NCBI GenBank assembly: GCA_030390025.1
Contig: CM059427.1
Span: 187,116,001-187,180,000, forward strand
DNA: 64,000 bases
Direction of reading: 5' to 3'
Source of the DNA: Squalus acanthias
Lineage: Eukaryota
The notes below the pieces were generated by a model. It was not told where the DNA came from, did no database searches, and saw only the letters and a list, made by a program, of their open reading frames with translations. The position numbers were made by a program, and so were the translations under genes. Positions 38,699 to 50,532 of the stretch are shown here, piece after piece; positions within the stretch are counted from its first letter, which is position 1; the number at the start of each line of letters is the position of its first letter.

Positions 38699-40140
38699 GG
38701 CCGGAATTTTTTGTACCTGGGCAGGTTGGGTGTGGGCGGTCGACATGGCAGGTCACGACCCCGTTCTTGCTTCCATCCCGCTGCAGAAATCAACTTTGCG
38801 TTAATGGGGCCTATTAAGCCTCCCTGCGCGTTACCCGGCCCTAGTAAATGGTGCGGCTCTGATGGTGCCCTCGATGACGTGTTTTCAGCCGGCATATTTA
38901 AAGGAGCCATGGCCACATTGCATTTGAAGGTTCATCTACAGGTTCAGATAGCGAGGCCTCGATACTGAAGAAAGCCGAGAGGAGTATAGAAAGTGCAGGG
39001 GTGAAATCAAAGAGGAAATTAGGAAAGCAAAGAGAGGGCATGAAAAAATATTGGCAAGTAAAATCAAGGAAAACCCAAAGATGTTTTATAAATACATTAA
39101 GAGCAAGAGGATAACTAAAGTAAGAGTAGGGCCTATTGTGGACCATAAAGGTAACCTGTGTGTGGAAGTGGAAGACATGGGGATGGTTCTTAATGAAAAC
39201 TTTGCATCTGTTTTCACAAAAGAGATGGGACGATGCAGACATTGCAATCAGGGAGGAGGAGTGTGATATATTAGATGAAATAAACATAGTGAAAGAGGAA
39301 GTATTAAGGGGTTTAGCATCTTTGAAAGTGGATAAATCCCCAGGCCCGGATGAAATGTATCCCAGAATGTTAAGAAAATTGAGAGAGGAAATAGCACAGG
39401 CTCTGACCATCATTTTCCAAGCCTTTCTGGCTACAGGTGTGGTGCCAGAGGACTGGAGGACTGCTAATGTTGTACCTTTGTTTAAAAAGGGAGATAGGAA
39501 TAGACCGAGTAATTACAGGCCAGTCAGCCTAAGCTCGGTGGTGGGAAAATTATTGGAAAATGTTCTGAGGGGCAGCATAAACGGCACCCATGCTGATGGA
39601 ACAGATGGCAGGTGAAGTAGAGATGAGAGAAGCATTCTGTCAATGGTGTGATAGGTTCTACCAATGAGGTGAGACTGGATGGTGCCTTTGCTGAAAACAC
39701 TTGCAGCCTGTAAAAAACTGAATCTGTGCTGGGATTGCAGTCAGCAACAGCTTCTGCCTGAGGAAAGTGATCAGCTGTGAGGTGAGAGCTTTTATAGTAC
39801 ATTTAATGCTGTCAACTAATCAGCTGGAGGAATGGCCACTCAACTTCTGCCTCAGGCTGACAGACGTGGTTCACGAGTTGCGGGAATCCCGTGGTCAGCC
39901 AGGGAAATTTGAAAGGTAGGCTAAAAAAAGTGCTTAAGGGTCTAACAACAAGGTGACAATGATTTGAATTTGGCCGCCCACCTCTGCAGGTCGGATTCCT
40001 GCTGCGCTGGCAAACGCGCCCGAGGGAAAAGCGTGTGGGGGTGGGATGACAACGGGTTCTCGACCCGCTCCAACTTATTTCAAATTTCCCTCCCGACCCG
40101 CCTCCGATAGCGCCTGCATGGACCCCAGTATGTTTCGGCC
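38699..40140. mobile_element. Old Harbinger-type element containing a CR1 fragment (~38965-39580, +)
   Basis: Degenerate TIR GGCCG(G/A)AA... / ...TTTCGGCC and TSD TAT. Internal CR1 ORF2 piece (KSPGPD, NYRPVSL). Confidence 0.65.
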
Positions 40141-40287
40141 TATATGCTTGAAATTAAACAATGTAATCCACTAGGATTTTATGTACAGATGTGTTAGTGT
40201 TTCTAGGTGTCAAATATTCTAGGAAGGCAATAGTTCCTGAACTGCTAGAATGATGGGAGTTCTATACTGGGTCACGGATGAATAATA

Positions 40288-40710
40288 ACAACAACAACTT
40301 GCATTAATATAGCGCCTTTAATGTACTAAAAGGTCCCAAGGTGCTTCACAGAAGCATTATAAAATAAAATTTGACACCGGGCCACATAAGGAGATATTAG
40401 GACAGGTGACCAAAAGCTTGGTCAAAGAGATCTGTTTCAAGGGGTGTCTTAAAGGTGGAGAGAGAGGTAGTGAGGCGTAAAGGTTTGGGGAGGGAATTCC
40501 AGAGATTAGGGCTTAGGCAGATGAAGGCACGGCCGCCAGTGGTGGAGTGATGAAAATCGCGGATGCGCAAGAGGCCGGAATTGGAGGAGCGCAGAGATCT
40601 CAGAGGGTTGTAGGGCTGGAGGAGTTTACAGAGGTAGGGAGGGGCAATGCCATGGAGGGATTTGAAAACAAGGATGAGAATTTTAAAGTCGAGGCTTTGC
40701 CAGACCAGGC
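40288..40710 (-). mobile_element. L2-clade LINE 3' fragment
   Basis: (CAA)n tail followed by cttgcattaatatagcgccttt...aggtgcttcaca. This is the 3' tail type shared with the SINE at 41285. Confidence 0.6.
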
Positions 40711-41284
40711 ATAATATAGGTTACAAGGTTAGATGGGTGTTCTGGATATTTTCTCAGTTATAGTTGAAGCCCGGGAAACATAATTTGGGACATTTATTAA
40801 GTTGGGTGGATTTCACAACAGAACCATCGATACATGGTCTACAGGAGGAATGGGTTTAATAGGCTGAACGATCTCATATTCCATACCTTTTGCACTTATT
40901 TTGGTTATATCTGGCAATGAAAATATTTGAAGGGCACAGGGATAAACCAATATATTGTAATATTCTATATAGCTTCATTCATTTTCTGACTATGAGGAAT
41001 TTCACCTGTGAAATGTAACTCGATGTGTTGAATAATGTTGATTTATCTTAGAGTTTTTCACCAAATGTGTGGATGGGTACATCCGTTGAGAACAGGATTG
41101 GTCTCAACTGCGATGCTCCCGATAACCTTGACTTTCTAGGTTCACACATGAAGGCTGGATGCTCAGGTGAACAAGTTCCATAGAGAGACAGTGGAAGAAC
41201 ATAGTGTTAATTCATTCAGATACAAATTAGATAGATTTCTTTCAGAAAATAACATTTTGGATACAGTATATGAGTAAAGTGTAG

Positions 41285-41712
41285 TTGGTAACTCTCTCGC
41301 CTCTGAGTCAGAAGGATGTGGGTTCAAGGCCCATTCCAGAGACTTGAGCACAAAAATTCAGGCTGACACTCCAGTGCAGTGCTGAGGGAGTGCTGCACTG
41401 TTGGAGGTGCCGTCTTTCAGATGAGACATTAAATTGAGGCCCTGTCTGCTCTCTCAGGTGAACGTAAAAATCCTATTCTATTTCAAAGAAGACCTGGCCA
41501 ATAGTTATCTCTCAATCAACATCATAAAAAAACAGATTATCTGGCCATATCCACATTGCTATTTGTGGGAGCTTGCAGTGTGCAAATTGGCTGCCGCGTT
41601 TCCTACATTACAACAGTGACTACACTTCAAAAGTACTTCATTGGCTGTTGAGCGCTTTTGGGACATCCTGAGGTCATGAAAGGAGCTATAAAAATGCAAG
41701 TCTTTCTTTATT
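41285..41712 (+). mobile_element. tRNA-derived Deu-domain SINE
   Basis: B-box-like GGGTTCAAGGCCC, Deu-like core ggagtgctgcactgttggaggtgccgtctttcagatgag, and tail ctataaaaatgcaagtctttc. Confidence 0.8.
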
Positions 41713-41845
41713 CTTTTATTTGAGACATAACATAAGTTTAGCATACTTGGGAGGAACAGGTGATCTTGGGCCTATGGCTTGCAAAGCTCTCAACCACTGG
41801 GGTTTTCCCTGTCTCATGTCTGGATTTGTTGTAGACTGAATGATA

Positions 41846-42577
41846 GGCCCAGAAATTGATCTCGCTCTGTTCACGCGGGGGTAAGCCTTCCCCGCGATGT
41901 CTCACCTCGCTTATGCTTTTTCTGATCCAGCTCGCACGAAATTGATGTTCCAGACATCAGCTGTGCTGGGCTTGCGTATCCCAGCGGCGTAGTTAATTCG
42001 TGCGAGCTGTGGGATCACGTGACTCAGTTAGAGCCAATGGCAGCACACCATCTTCCATTCATAACAGCTGTGAGACTTATGAATCTTACACCCCCCCAAA
42101 ATAACAGCTAAACCTCAATTAAATTTAAAAAAAACCCATCACATTAATAAAATAAGTATAGTTAATTAAATTAACCATTTTAAATAAAAAATTAAATTTT
42201 TGAAAAAATTTAAAATCTTTTAAAAAGTTATAAAAATAAACTTACCTGTCTTTAAAGTCTATAAAAAAGATATACCTGTAAAAAAAAATTCAAAAAAATA
42301 CTTAATTCACTACTTACCTTCTTAAAAGCGGGTCTTACTCCTCCTTTTTACATTTCCAAAATCTTCAGTACTTACCTGCGCGTCCAAAGCATGAAGTGCA
42401 CAGCGTGCGCGCAGCCTGTAGCGCGCACGCGATGCACTCCGGCCCCGCCCCCTTTTCGGAAGAGCAATTGCCGGTTTTCAGCGCATGCGCAGGGCATGCA
42501 GAAAACCGGCAATTGGAGTGTGAATACGCGAGAGTATGCAGTGCGTACTCTCGCGTCCCGGGATCAATTTTCGGCCC
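41846..42577. mobile_element. Harbinger-type MITE, family 1
   Basis: TIR ggcccagaaattgatctcg (15/19 match), flanks ATA/ATT. Alignable end to end with 49371-50115. Confidence 0.88.
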
Positions 42578-42829
42578 ATTGAGATTGACTCCTATGATGG
42601 TAGCATTTGATGAGGACGCAATTAGACTCAGCTGTGCTGATGTCCACAGAAGAGTGATCCAACGTATGCACATCGTCCATGCCCACAGAGGTAGCAACAT
42701 TCTGTTACTGCCCGTGGAACTGTACTCGTATAATCGGGGAAAATTGGGGAAAGAAAATAAGACCTCTTATCGCATGTGAAGTAAAGGAGAAAGCTTCCAT
42801 TTATATAGCATCATAGTTTAAAATAATAA

Positions 42830-43185
42830 TTCTCAGGATGTGGAGGTCGCTGGCATTTATTACCCATCCCTAGATGCCCATGATACAAATGAGTGGCATG
42901 CTGGGCCACTTCAGAGGGCAGTTAAGAGTCAATAAAGTTTGTGGAGGACTGGAGTTACATAGGCCAGACTGGGTAAGGATGGCAGGTTTCCTCCTGTGAA
43001 GGACATTAGTGAACCAGTTGGGTTTTTATGACAATCCGATAGTTTCATGGTCACTCTTATTGATACCAGCTATTTATTTCCAGATTTATTTGTTAAATTG
43101 AATTAAAATTCTCATACAGCCATGGTGGGATTTCAACTCACGTTCTCTGGATTATTAGTCCAAGCCCCTGGAGTACTAGTCCAGA
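42830..43185 (-). mobile_element. tRNA-derived SINE-like repeat
   Basis: Minus-strand tRNA-like head at ~43120-43185 (plus strand ggtgggatttcaactc...ggattattagtcca). Family recognised from memory only. Confidence 0.5.
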
Positions 43186-43303
43186 AAGACACTGTCAGGT
43201 CCTCAAGATGTCCTATAGCACGTCATAGCCAACCATTTACTTTTGAAGTGTAGTTACTGTTGTTATCAAGACAAACGTAGCAAATGAGATGATTGATCAC
43301 TTA

Positions 43304-44120
43304 GGGGGCGATTTTGCCAGCCCTGGGGAGGCGGGTATGGAGGCAGGACTGCCGGGAAAATGGCAGAATCTGGGGGGCGGGTACCCATCCCTCCCCCAAC
43401 CTGCCTCCGTGCCATGTTCCCAGGAGGCGGATACCCGACCCGTGCTGGGAGCCACCTCCTTGAGGTCGGGAAGGGGATTAGTGCCAATTAACTGCCTGCT
43501 AACAGACAGTTAACAGGCAGTTTTTTGGATAATCCCTATTTTGCCACCTAAAGTGTGGGCTTCCTGACGGCTCCGAACCTCGCCAGGGTCAGCGAAGCGA
43601 GCCATGGGTCTGCGGGGGTCGGAGGGGCCGAGATGTCCGGTGTGCAGGTGAGTGATGAGTGCATGTGTGCAGAGGTAAGTGTGTGAGGTGAGTCTTAAGT
43701 GTTTTAAAAGTTTTACTTACCTTTGCTTCTTCCTCCAGGCTTCAACCCTTCAGGTCTCGGGAGTCCCTCATCTCACCGGCAGAGCAAGCAGAATGGCCGC
43801 TGCATTCTCAAATGCATCAGCCTTCTGCTTTCTGCTCAGGAGAGATCTCTAAGTCAGCCTGTGTCCCAGGTCTCAAATTAGAAGACAGATTGTCAGTGTT
43901 TGAAAGCTTCACAGAGCTCTCAAATGATGACAATTCATCTGTCAAAAGCTCTTGACAGATGAAACGTCACTCGCTGCCGTCACCAGTAACCGGCTTTCCC
44001 TTAATCGGCCTAAGCCCACTGGGCTTAGTGTGGGTTGGCCGGATGTCGATGGAGGTGGGATTAAAACCCGACAAGCAGCAGTCCCGCCTCCATCACATCC
44101 CCATTGGCAAAATCACCCCC
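43304..44120. mobile_element. Non-autonomous Harbinger element (817 bp)
   Basis: TIR GGGGGCGATTTTGCCA (15/16 match) and canonical TSD TTA. Confidence 0.92.
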
Positions 44121-44193
44121 TTAGTTTGTTTTTGGTGCCATTGGTTGATGGAGAAATTTTGGCCAGGACACTGGAAGAACTCTGTGCGCTTTG

Positions 44194-45120
44194 ATAAGAA
44201 CATAAGAAATAGGAGCAGGAGTCGGCCATTTGGCCCTTCGAGCCTGCTCCGCCATTCAATAAGATCATGGCTGATCTTCTACCTCAACTCCACTTTCCTG
44301 CACTATCCCCATATCCCTTGATTCCCTTAATATCCAAAAATCTATCGATCTCTGTCTTGAATATACTCAACGACTGAGCCTCCACAGCCCTCTGGGGTAG
44401 AGAATTCCAAAGATTCACCACCCTGAATGAAGAAATTTCTCCTCATCTCAGTCCTAAATGGCCGACCCCTTATTCTGAGACTGTGACCCCTGGTGCCAGA
44501 CTCCCCAGCCAGGGGAAACATCCTCCCTGCATCTACCCTGTCAAGCCCTGTAAGAATTTTGTATGTTGCAATGAGATCACCTCTCATTCTTCTAAACTCT
44601 AGAGAATATAGACCTAGTCTACTCAATCGCTCCTCATAGGACAATCCCCCCATCCCAGGAACCAGTCTGGTGAACCTTTGTTGCACTCCCTCTATGGCAA
44701 GTATATCCTTCCTTAGGTAAGGAGATCAAAACTGTACACAATACTCCAGGTGTGGTCTCACCAGGGACCTATATTATTGCAGTAAGACATCTTTACTCTT
44801 ATACTCAAATCCTCTTGTAATAAAGGCCAACATACCATTTGCTTTCCTAATTCCTTGCTGTACCTGCATGTTAACTTGCAGTGATTCGTGTACAAGGACA
44901 CCCAGGTCCCTCTGAACACCAACATTTCCCAATCTCTCACCATTTAAAAAATACTCTGCTTTTCTATTTTTCCTACAAAAGTGGATAACTTCACATTTTT
45001 CCACATTATATTCCATTTGCCATGTTCTTGACCACTCACTTAACTTCTCTATATCCCCTTGAAGCCTCTTTGCATCCTCCTCACAACTTACATTCCCACC
45101 CAGCTTTGTATCATCAGCAT
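44194..45120 (-). mobile_element. CR1 3' fragment
   Basis: ADDTKLGG...RGDLIATYKI, with tail ataagaacataagaa on the + strand. Confidence 0.93.
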
Positions 45121-45426
45121 CCAACTGAACGGGCAGACAGAGTCTCGGTTTAATATCCTATTCACCTCTGATAATGCAGCGCTGCCTCAGTATTGTACCG
45201 AAGTATTAGCCGAGCTGATGTGCTCATGTTCTGGAGTGGGGCTTGAACCAAGTTAAGTTGCACCAAGTCTGTATCTAGTGTCTGCAGAGATATTAATTAT
45301 ATCTTGTCACAATGTCTGCCATATCTGTGCTAATGGTCCATTTTTAAACTGAGCTTGTTTATTAGAATGCCTGAAATTTATTAGGAAAGCTGAATGCATT
45401 TTAATAGGTGACCTCTGCATGAACAG

Positions 45427-45525
45427 GTTTGGGAAATCAAAGACAGAAACCTCTGCAACTAACGGAACATATAGAAGATGCATCTCAGATTCACTCAAAT
45501 GTCAATGAAATGCAGCAAATGCAAG
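45427..45525 (+). CDS. IgSF receptor exon E: first cytoplasmic exon
   Basis: Acceptor ctctgcatgaacAG (weak pyrimidine tract), donor G|GTAACA, 99 nt, phase 1-1, open, in non-repetitive DNA. GLGNQRQKPLQLTEHIEDASQIHSNVNEMQQMQ. Confidence 0.65.
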
Positions 45526-46410
45526 GTAACATTTAAACACTAATAACATAATCAGAGTTTTACAAGTGCTCTGCTCCATTTGTTCATGGCTATTATTAAT
45601 CCCCTTTGTAATTTTCAGTTGCACAGAAATGTTGTGTTTTTATTCTGTTAAATCCAAATATCCTGTAGAATGCAAGTACATTCTCTTATCCTTCATAATC
45701 ACTTCCCATTTTTACTGTTAGGTCTCCTCTGCAGACACTTGTTATTCAGGAACTTTCTTCAGCTTACATCCTAGGATGCTGTGTGACATAGACTACTCAA
45801 AGATCACAATTAACTACCGGCATAGCCACGGTGGGCCAAATGGCCTCCTTCTGTGCTGTATCATTCTGCAATTCTATGAACAGCTCTTCCTAAACAACAC
45901 TCAGGAGTAAGACTAACGCTGGCGAGACTAGTCACAGTTACCCAACCAAAAACCTGTTGAAGCTCATTCATTGAGAGCAATTAGAACTCAAGACTGGGAA
46001 TTGATCTGGAACCTTCTACAGTGCAGTTCAATATTATTTTATGTCATGATATGATTTCATTATTTGTCATATTTCATATGCATGACAATGTAACATATTC
46101 TAATCTTCATTTGAACAGTACGCTCAAACCATAAACATTAAGAAATCACATCACACAACGATAGCCTGCAGTAGTTTAAATCTCACTTATCATTTCCTGT
46201 GTATCTCAAATAACAGTGTGATTAATCATTGCATTTTGAATCCTAAGCACTTCCCCTCGAAAAGAGCGGTCACACGTTTCCTGAGATATCACCCTACTAC
46301 CATTAGATGCCTCCAGCGCACGTCACAAATACTCTAGTGTTTCCAAAACCCCTTGTGACAACTAGTGCCAACGATTCAGGACAGTGTGAACATCTTTGTT
46401 AGGCAATATT

Positions 46411-47201
46411 AGCCTGGAATTTGCGGTCATCGGCAAAGCGATGGCACTCACCACTGACCTCGAAGAAAACTGCCCACAAAGATCTAACGATTTCTGTGGT
46501 GTGAATTTCAGCTCTCCGAACCTGTGTTTGAATCTGGCACCAAATCAAGCGAATTTCCAGCATCCAGAAACAGTGATGTCAGCAAGCAGGCTGAGCAGCC
46601 AATCACTTTGAAGAATTCTCACAGAGAGCAAACCAGGAAGTAAAATGTACAGATTCTAATTGACTTTTTATAAATTTTACAGAGAGTGAAATAAAGATTG
46701 GGCCATAGTGAAATAAAGATTGGGACATACACATAGGATTAAGGTAGAAGCTGCAATATCATAAACAAACTTAAAAAACATATTATTTTACAAACCATGT
46801 AATTCTTAATTATATTAATTGAAAAACTTGACATTCCACAAATATAAAATTAGTTTTTTAGGGCCAGAACGGTTTTTCAGCTGTCAATATGCCGCTAAAA
46901 ACCCAGACAGACCTCTTTCAACAAGTCTTAACTTTTTCTGGGGGTGGGAGGGTGGGTTTAACAACGATATTCTAACGTAATTGGGGAAGTTTTCATCCAT
47001 CAGTGTGATTTGAATCGATTGCCAGCTCTGGGGAGATTCGCAATGCAACCTAGGGCGGAGCACGGAATGAGTGACCGCAACTTCTGGATTCCCGCATTTA
47101 TCTGCGCGTGCACTAAATCCCGAAGTTCCTGTCAGTTTCAGAGGGGTAATGACGGCGAACGCTGACAGTTTCACCGTCATTACCAGCACAAGATCCGGGC
47201 C
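46411..47201. mobile_element. Harbinger-type MITE, family 2
   Basis: Degenerate TIR agcctggaatttgcg / cacaagatccgggcc and TSD ATT. Homologous to 59563-60240. Confidence 0.75.
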
Positions 47202-47349
47202 ATTGTTTTCTCTGGAGGACTGATCCCACTTTCCTGATCATTCCAATACATCTCATTAGCAATGGAGCAGTTTTTGTAGAAATGCCTGATACAGCTTTTT
47301 GAAAATCAGGCCATGCTAATGTCTTAATCAGAAAAATATTGTTTTCCAG

Positions 47350-47427
47350 GAGAAAACGAGACACCGGTGCCTGAGACGAGTAGTTTTGCTGAATATGCAA
47401 CTGTCAATATAAAGGAAAAAGAAGACG
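47350..47427 (+). CDS. IgSF receptor exon F: cytoplasmic exon with ITSM/ITIM-like AEYATV
   Basis: Acceptor attgttttccAG, donor G|GTAAGT, 78 nt, phase 1-1. GENETPVPETSSFAEYATVNIKEKED. Not in the ORF track. Confidence 0.8.
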
Positions 47428-49370
47428 GTAAGTAGATGGATCATATTATGAGGCTCTATCAGTGGAGGTATTGTTAACATAGAAACTCATAGAATCATAG
47501 AATCATAGAAAGTTACAGCACGGAAGGAGGCCATTTCGGCCCATCGTGTCCGTGCCGGCCAACAAAGAGCTATCCAGCCTAATCCCACTTCCCAGCTCTT
47601 GGTCCGTAGCCCTGCAGGTTAGAGCATCCCAAGTGCACATCCAAGTACTTTTTAAATGTGGTTAGGGTTTCTGCCTCTACCATCCTTTCAGACAATGAGT
47701 TCCAGGCCCCCACAACCCTCTGGGTGAAGAAACTTCCCCTCAAATCCCCTCTAAACCTTCCACCAATTACTTTAAATCTGTGCCTCCTGGTTTTTGACCC
47801 CTCTGCTAAGGGAAATAGGTCCTTTCTAGCCACATTACCTCGGCCCCTCATAATTTTATACACCTCAATAAGGTCTCCCCTCAGCCTCCTCTGTTCCAAG
47901 GAAAACAAACCCAGCCTATCCAGTCTTTCCTCATAGCTAAGATTCTCTACTCCTGGCAACATCCTTGTAAATCTCCTCTGTACCCACTCTCGTGCAATCA
48001 CATCTTTCCTGTAATGTGGTGACCAGAACTGCACGCAGTACTCTAGCTGAGGCCCAACTAGTGTTTTATACAGTTGAAGCATAACCTCCCTGCTCTTGTA
48101 TTCTATGCCACGGCTAATAAAGGCAAGCATTCCGTATGCCTTCTTAACCACCTTATCTACCTGGCCTGCTACTTTCAGGGATCTGTGGACATGCACTCAA
48201 GGCCCCTTTGTTCCTCTACACTACTCAGTGTTCTACCATTTAATGTGTATTCCCTTTCCTTGTTAGCCCTCCCCAAATGCATTACCTCACACTTCTCTGG
48301 ATTGAATTCCATTTGCCACTGTTCTGCCCACCTGACCAATTTATTGATATCTACCTGCAGTCTACAGCTTCCTTCTTCAGTATCAACCACACAGGCGATT
48401 TTAGTATCATCTGCAAACTTCTTAATCATACCCTCTATATTCAAGTCTAGATCATTGATATATACAACAAAAAGCAAGGGACCTAGTACTGAGCCCTGCG
48501 GAACCCCACTGGAAACAGCCTCCAGTCACAAAAACACCCATCAACCATTACTCTCTGCTTCCTGCCTCCGAGCCAGTTTTGAATCCAACTTGACACTTTG
48601 CCCTGGATCCCATGGGCTTTTAACTTCGTGACCAGTCTGCCATGTGGAACCTTATCAAAAGCCTTGCTAAAGTCCAAATACACTACATCAAACGCACTAC
48701 CCTCATCCACCCTCCTTGTTACCGCCTCAAAAAATTCAATCAAGTTTGTCAGACACGACCTTCCCTTAACAAATCCGTGCAGACTATCCTTGATTAATCC
48801 GTGTCTTTCTAAATGAAGATTTATCCTGTCCTTCAGAATTCTTTCCAATAATTTTCCCACCACCGAGGTTAGGCTGACTGGCCTGTAATTACTCAGTCTA
48901 TCCTTTTCTCCCTTTTTAAACAAGGGTACCACATTAGCAGTCCTCCAGTCCTCCGGCACCACACCTGAAGGCAGAGAGGATTGAAAAATGATGTTCAGGG
49001 CCTCTGCTATTTCCTCTTTTACTTCGCTTAACATTTCATCCGGGCCTGGGGATTTATCCACTTTTGAAGCTGCTAAACCCCTTAATACTTCCTCTCTCAC
49101 TATGTTTATTTCATCTAATATTTCACACTCCTCCCCCCTGATAGCAATGTCTGCTTCGCCCCTCTCCTTTGTGAAAACAGACGCAAAGTTTTCATTAAGA
49201 ACCCTACCGGCATCTCCCGCCTCCACACACAGATTACCCTCATGATCTCTAATAGGCCCTACCCTTTCTTTAGTTATCCTCTTACTCTTAATATATTTAT
49301 AAAACATCTTTGGGTTTTCCTTGATTTCACTTGCCAAGAATTTTTCATGCTCACTCTTTGCTTTCCTAAT

Positions 49371-50115
49371 GGCCCAGAAATTAAACACTGAGTGTTCACG
49401 CGGGGGTAAGGCTTCCCCGCGATATCTCACTCCGCGCCTACCTTTTTCCTCCGGGCCCACACGAACTTTAGTTTCAAGGCTGCAGCTGTGCAGTGCTTGC
49501 GTGACCCAGAGACGCAATTAGTTCGTGCGAGCTCTGGGATCACGTGATTCAGTTAGAGCCAATGGCAGCACACCATCTTTCATTCATAGTTTTAACAGCA
49601 AGGGCTGTCAAAGCTATGAATCCTACACACCCCCGAAAGAACAGCTAAACCTCAATTAAATTTAAAAAAAAAGCCATCACTTTAATAAAATAAGTATAGT
49701 TAAATAAATTAACCACTTTAAACAAAAAATTAAATTTTTGAAAAAATTTAAAATCTTTTTAAAAGTTATAAAAATAAACTTACCTTTCTTTAAAGTCTCT
49801 AAAAAAGATAAACCTGTTGAAAAAAATTTAAAATAATACTTAATTAACTACTTACCTTGTTAAAAGAGGGTCTTACGCCTCCTTTCTTTATGTGTAAAAT
49901 CTTCCATGCTTACCTGCACGTTCAAAGCACTAAGTGCACTGCGTGCGCGCAGCCTGTAGCGCGCACGCGGTTCACTTAGGAACCGCCCCCTTTTGAATTC
50001 ACGAAGTGCCGGTTTCCCGCGCATGAGCAGTGCATGCAGGAAACCGACAATTGGAGACCTAAAACGCGAGAGTACACAGTGCGTACTCTCGCGTATTAGG
50101 TCTAATTTTCGGGCC
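49371..50115. mobile_element. Harbinger-type MITE, family 1, inside CR1 A
   Basis: TIR ggcccagaaatta (11/13 match) and TSD AAT. The host CR1 is continuous across it. Confidence 0.9.
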
Positions 50116-50532
50116 AATATCATTTTTAATTGCACCCCTGTACTTTCTGTACTCCTCCAAAGATTCTGGAGTATTTAGCCCACGGTATCTGTCGTACGCC
50201 TTCCTTTTTTTCTTTATTCTACACTTTATGAAAACCTAGACATCCAGGGGGCTCGAGATTTGTTAGTCCCACCTTTTTCTTTAAGGGCACACATTTGGTC
50301 TGAACCCATCGGATCTCCTCCTTGAATGCCTCCCACTGCTCTGACACTGATTTACCTTCAAGTAGCTGTTTCCAGTCCACTATGGCTAAATCCCCTCTGA
50401 GCATAGCAAAATTTGCTTTTCTCCAATTTAGAATGTTTATTCCTGGTCTTGCCTTGTCTTTTTCCATAATTACCTTAAGTCTAACTGAATTATGGTCACT
50501 AGCACCAAAATGCTCCCCCACTGAAACGCCTT

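Noticed and set aside
41285-41345. tRNA gene
   Set aside because: Only a degenerate tRNA-derived SINE head. No full cloverleaf is evident.
48483-49517. Novel N-terminus fused to RT
   Set aside because: The first ~49 codons come from the MITE inserted at 49371, so this is chance read-through.
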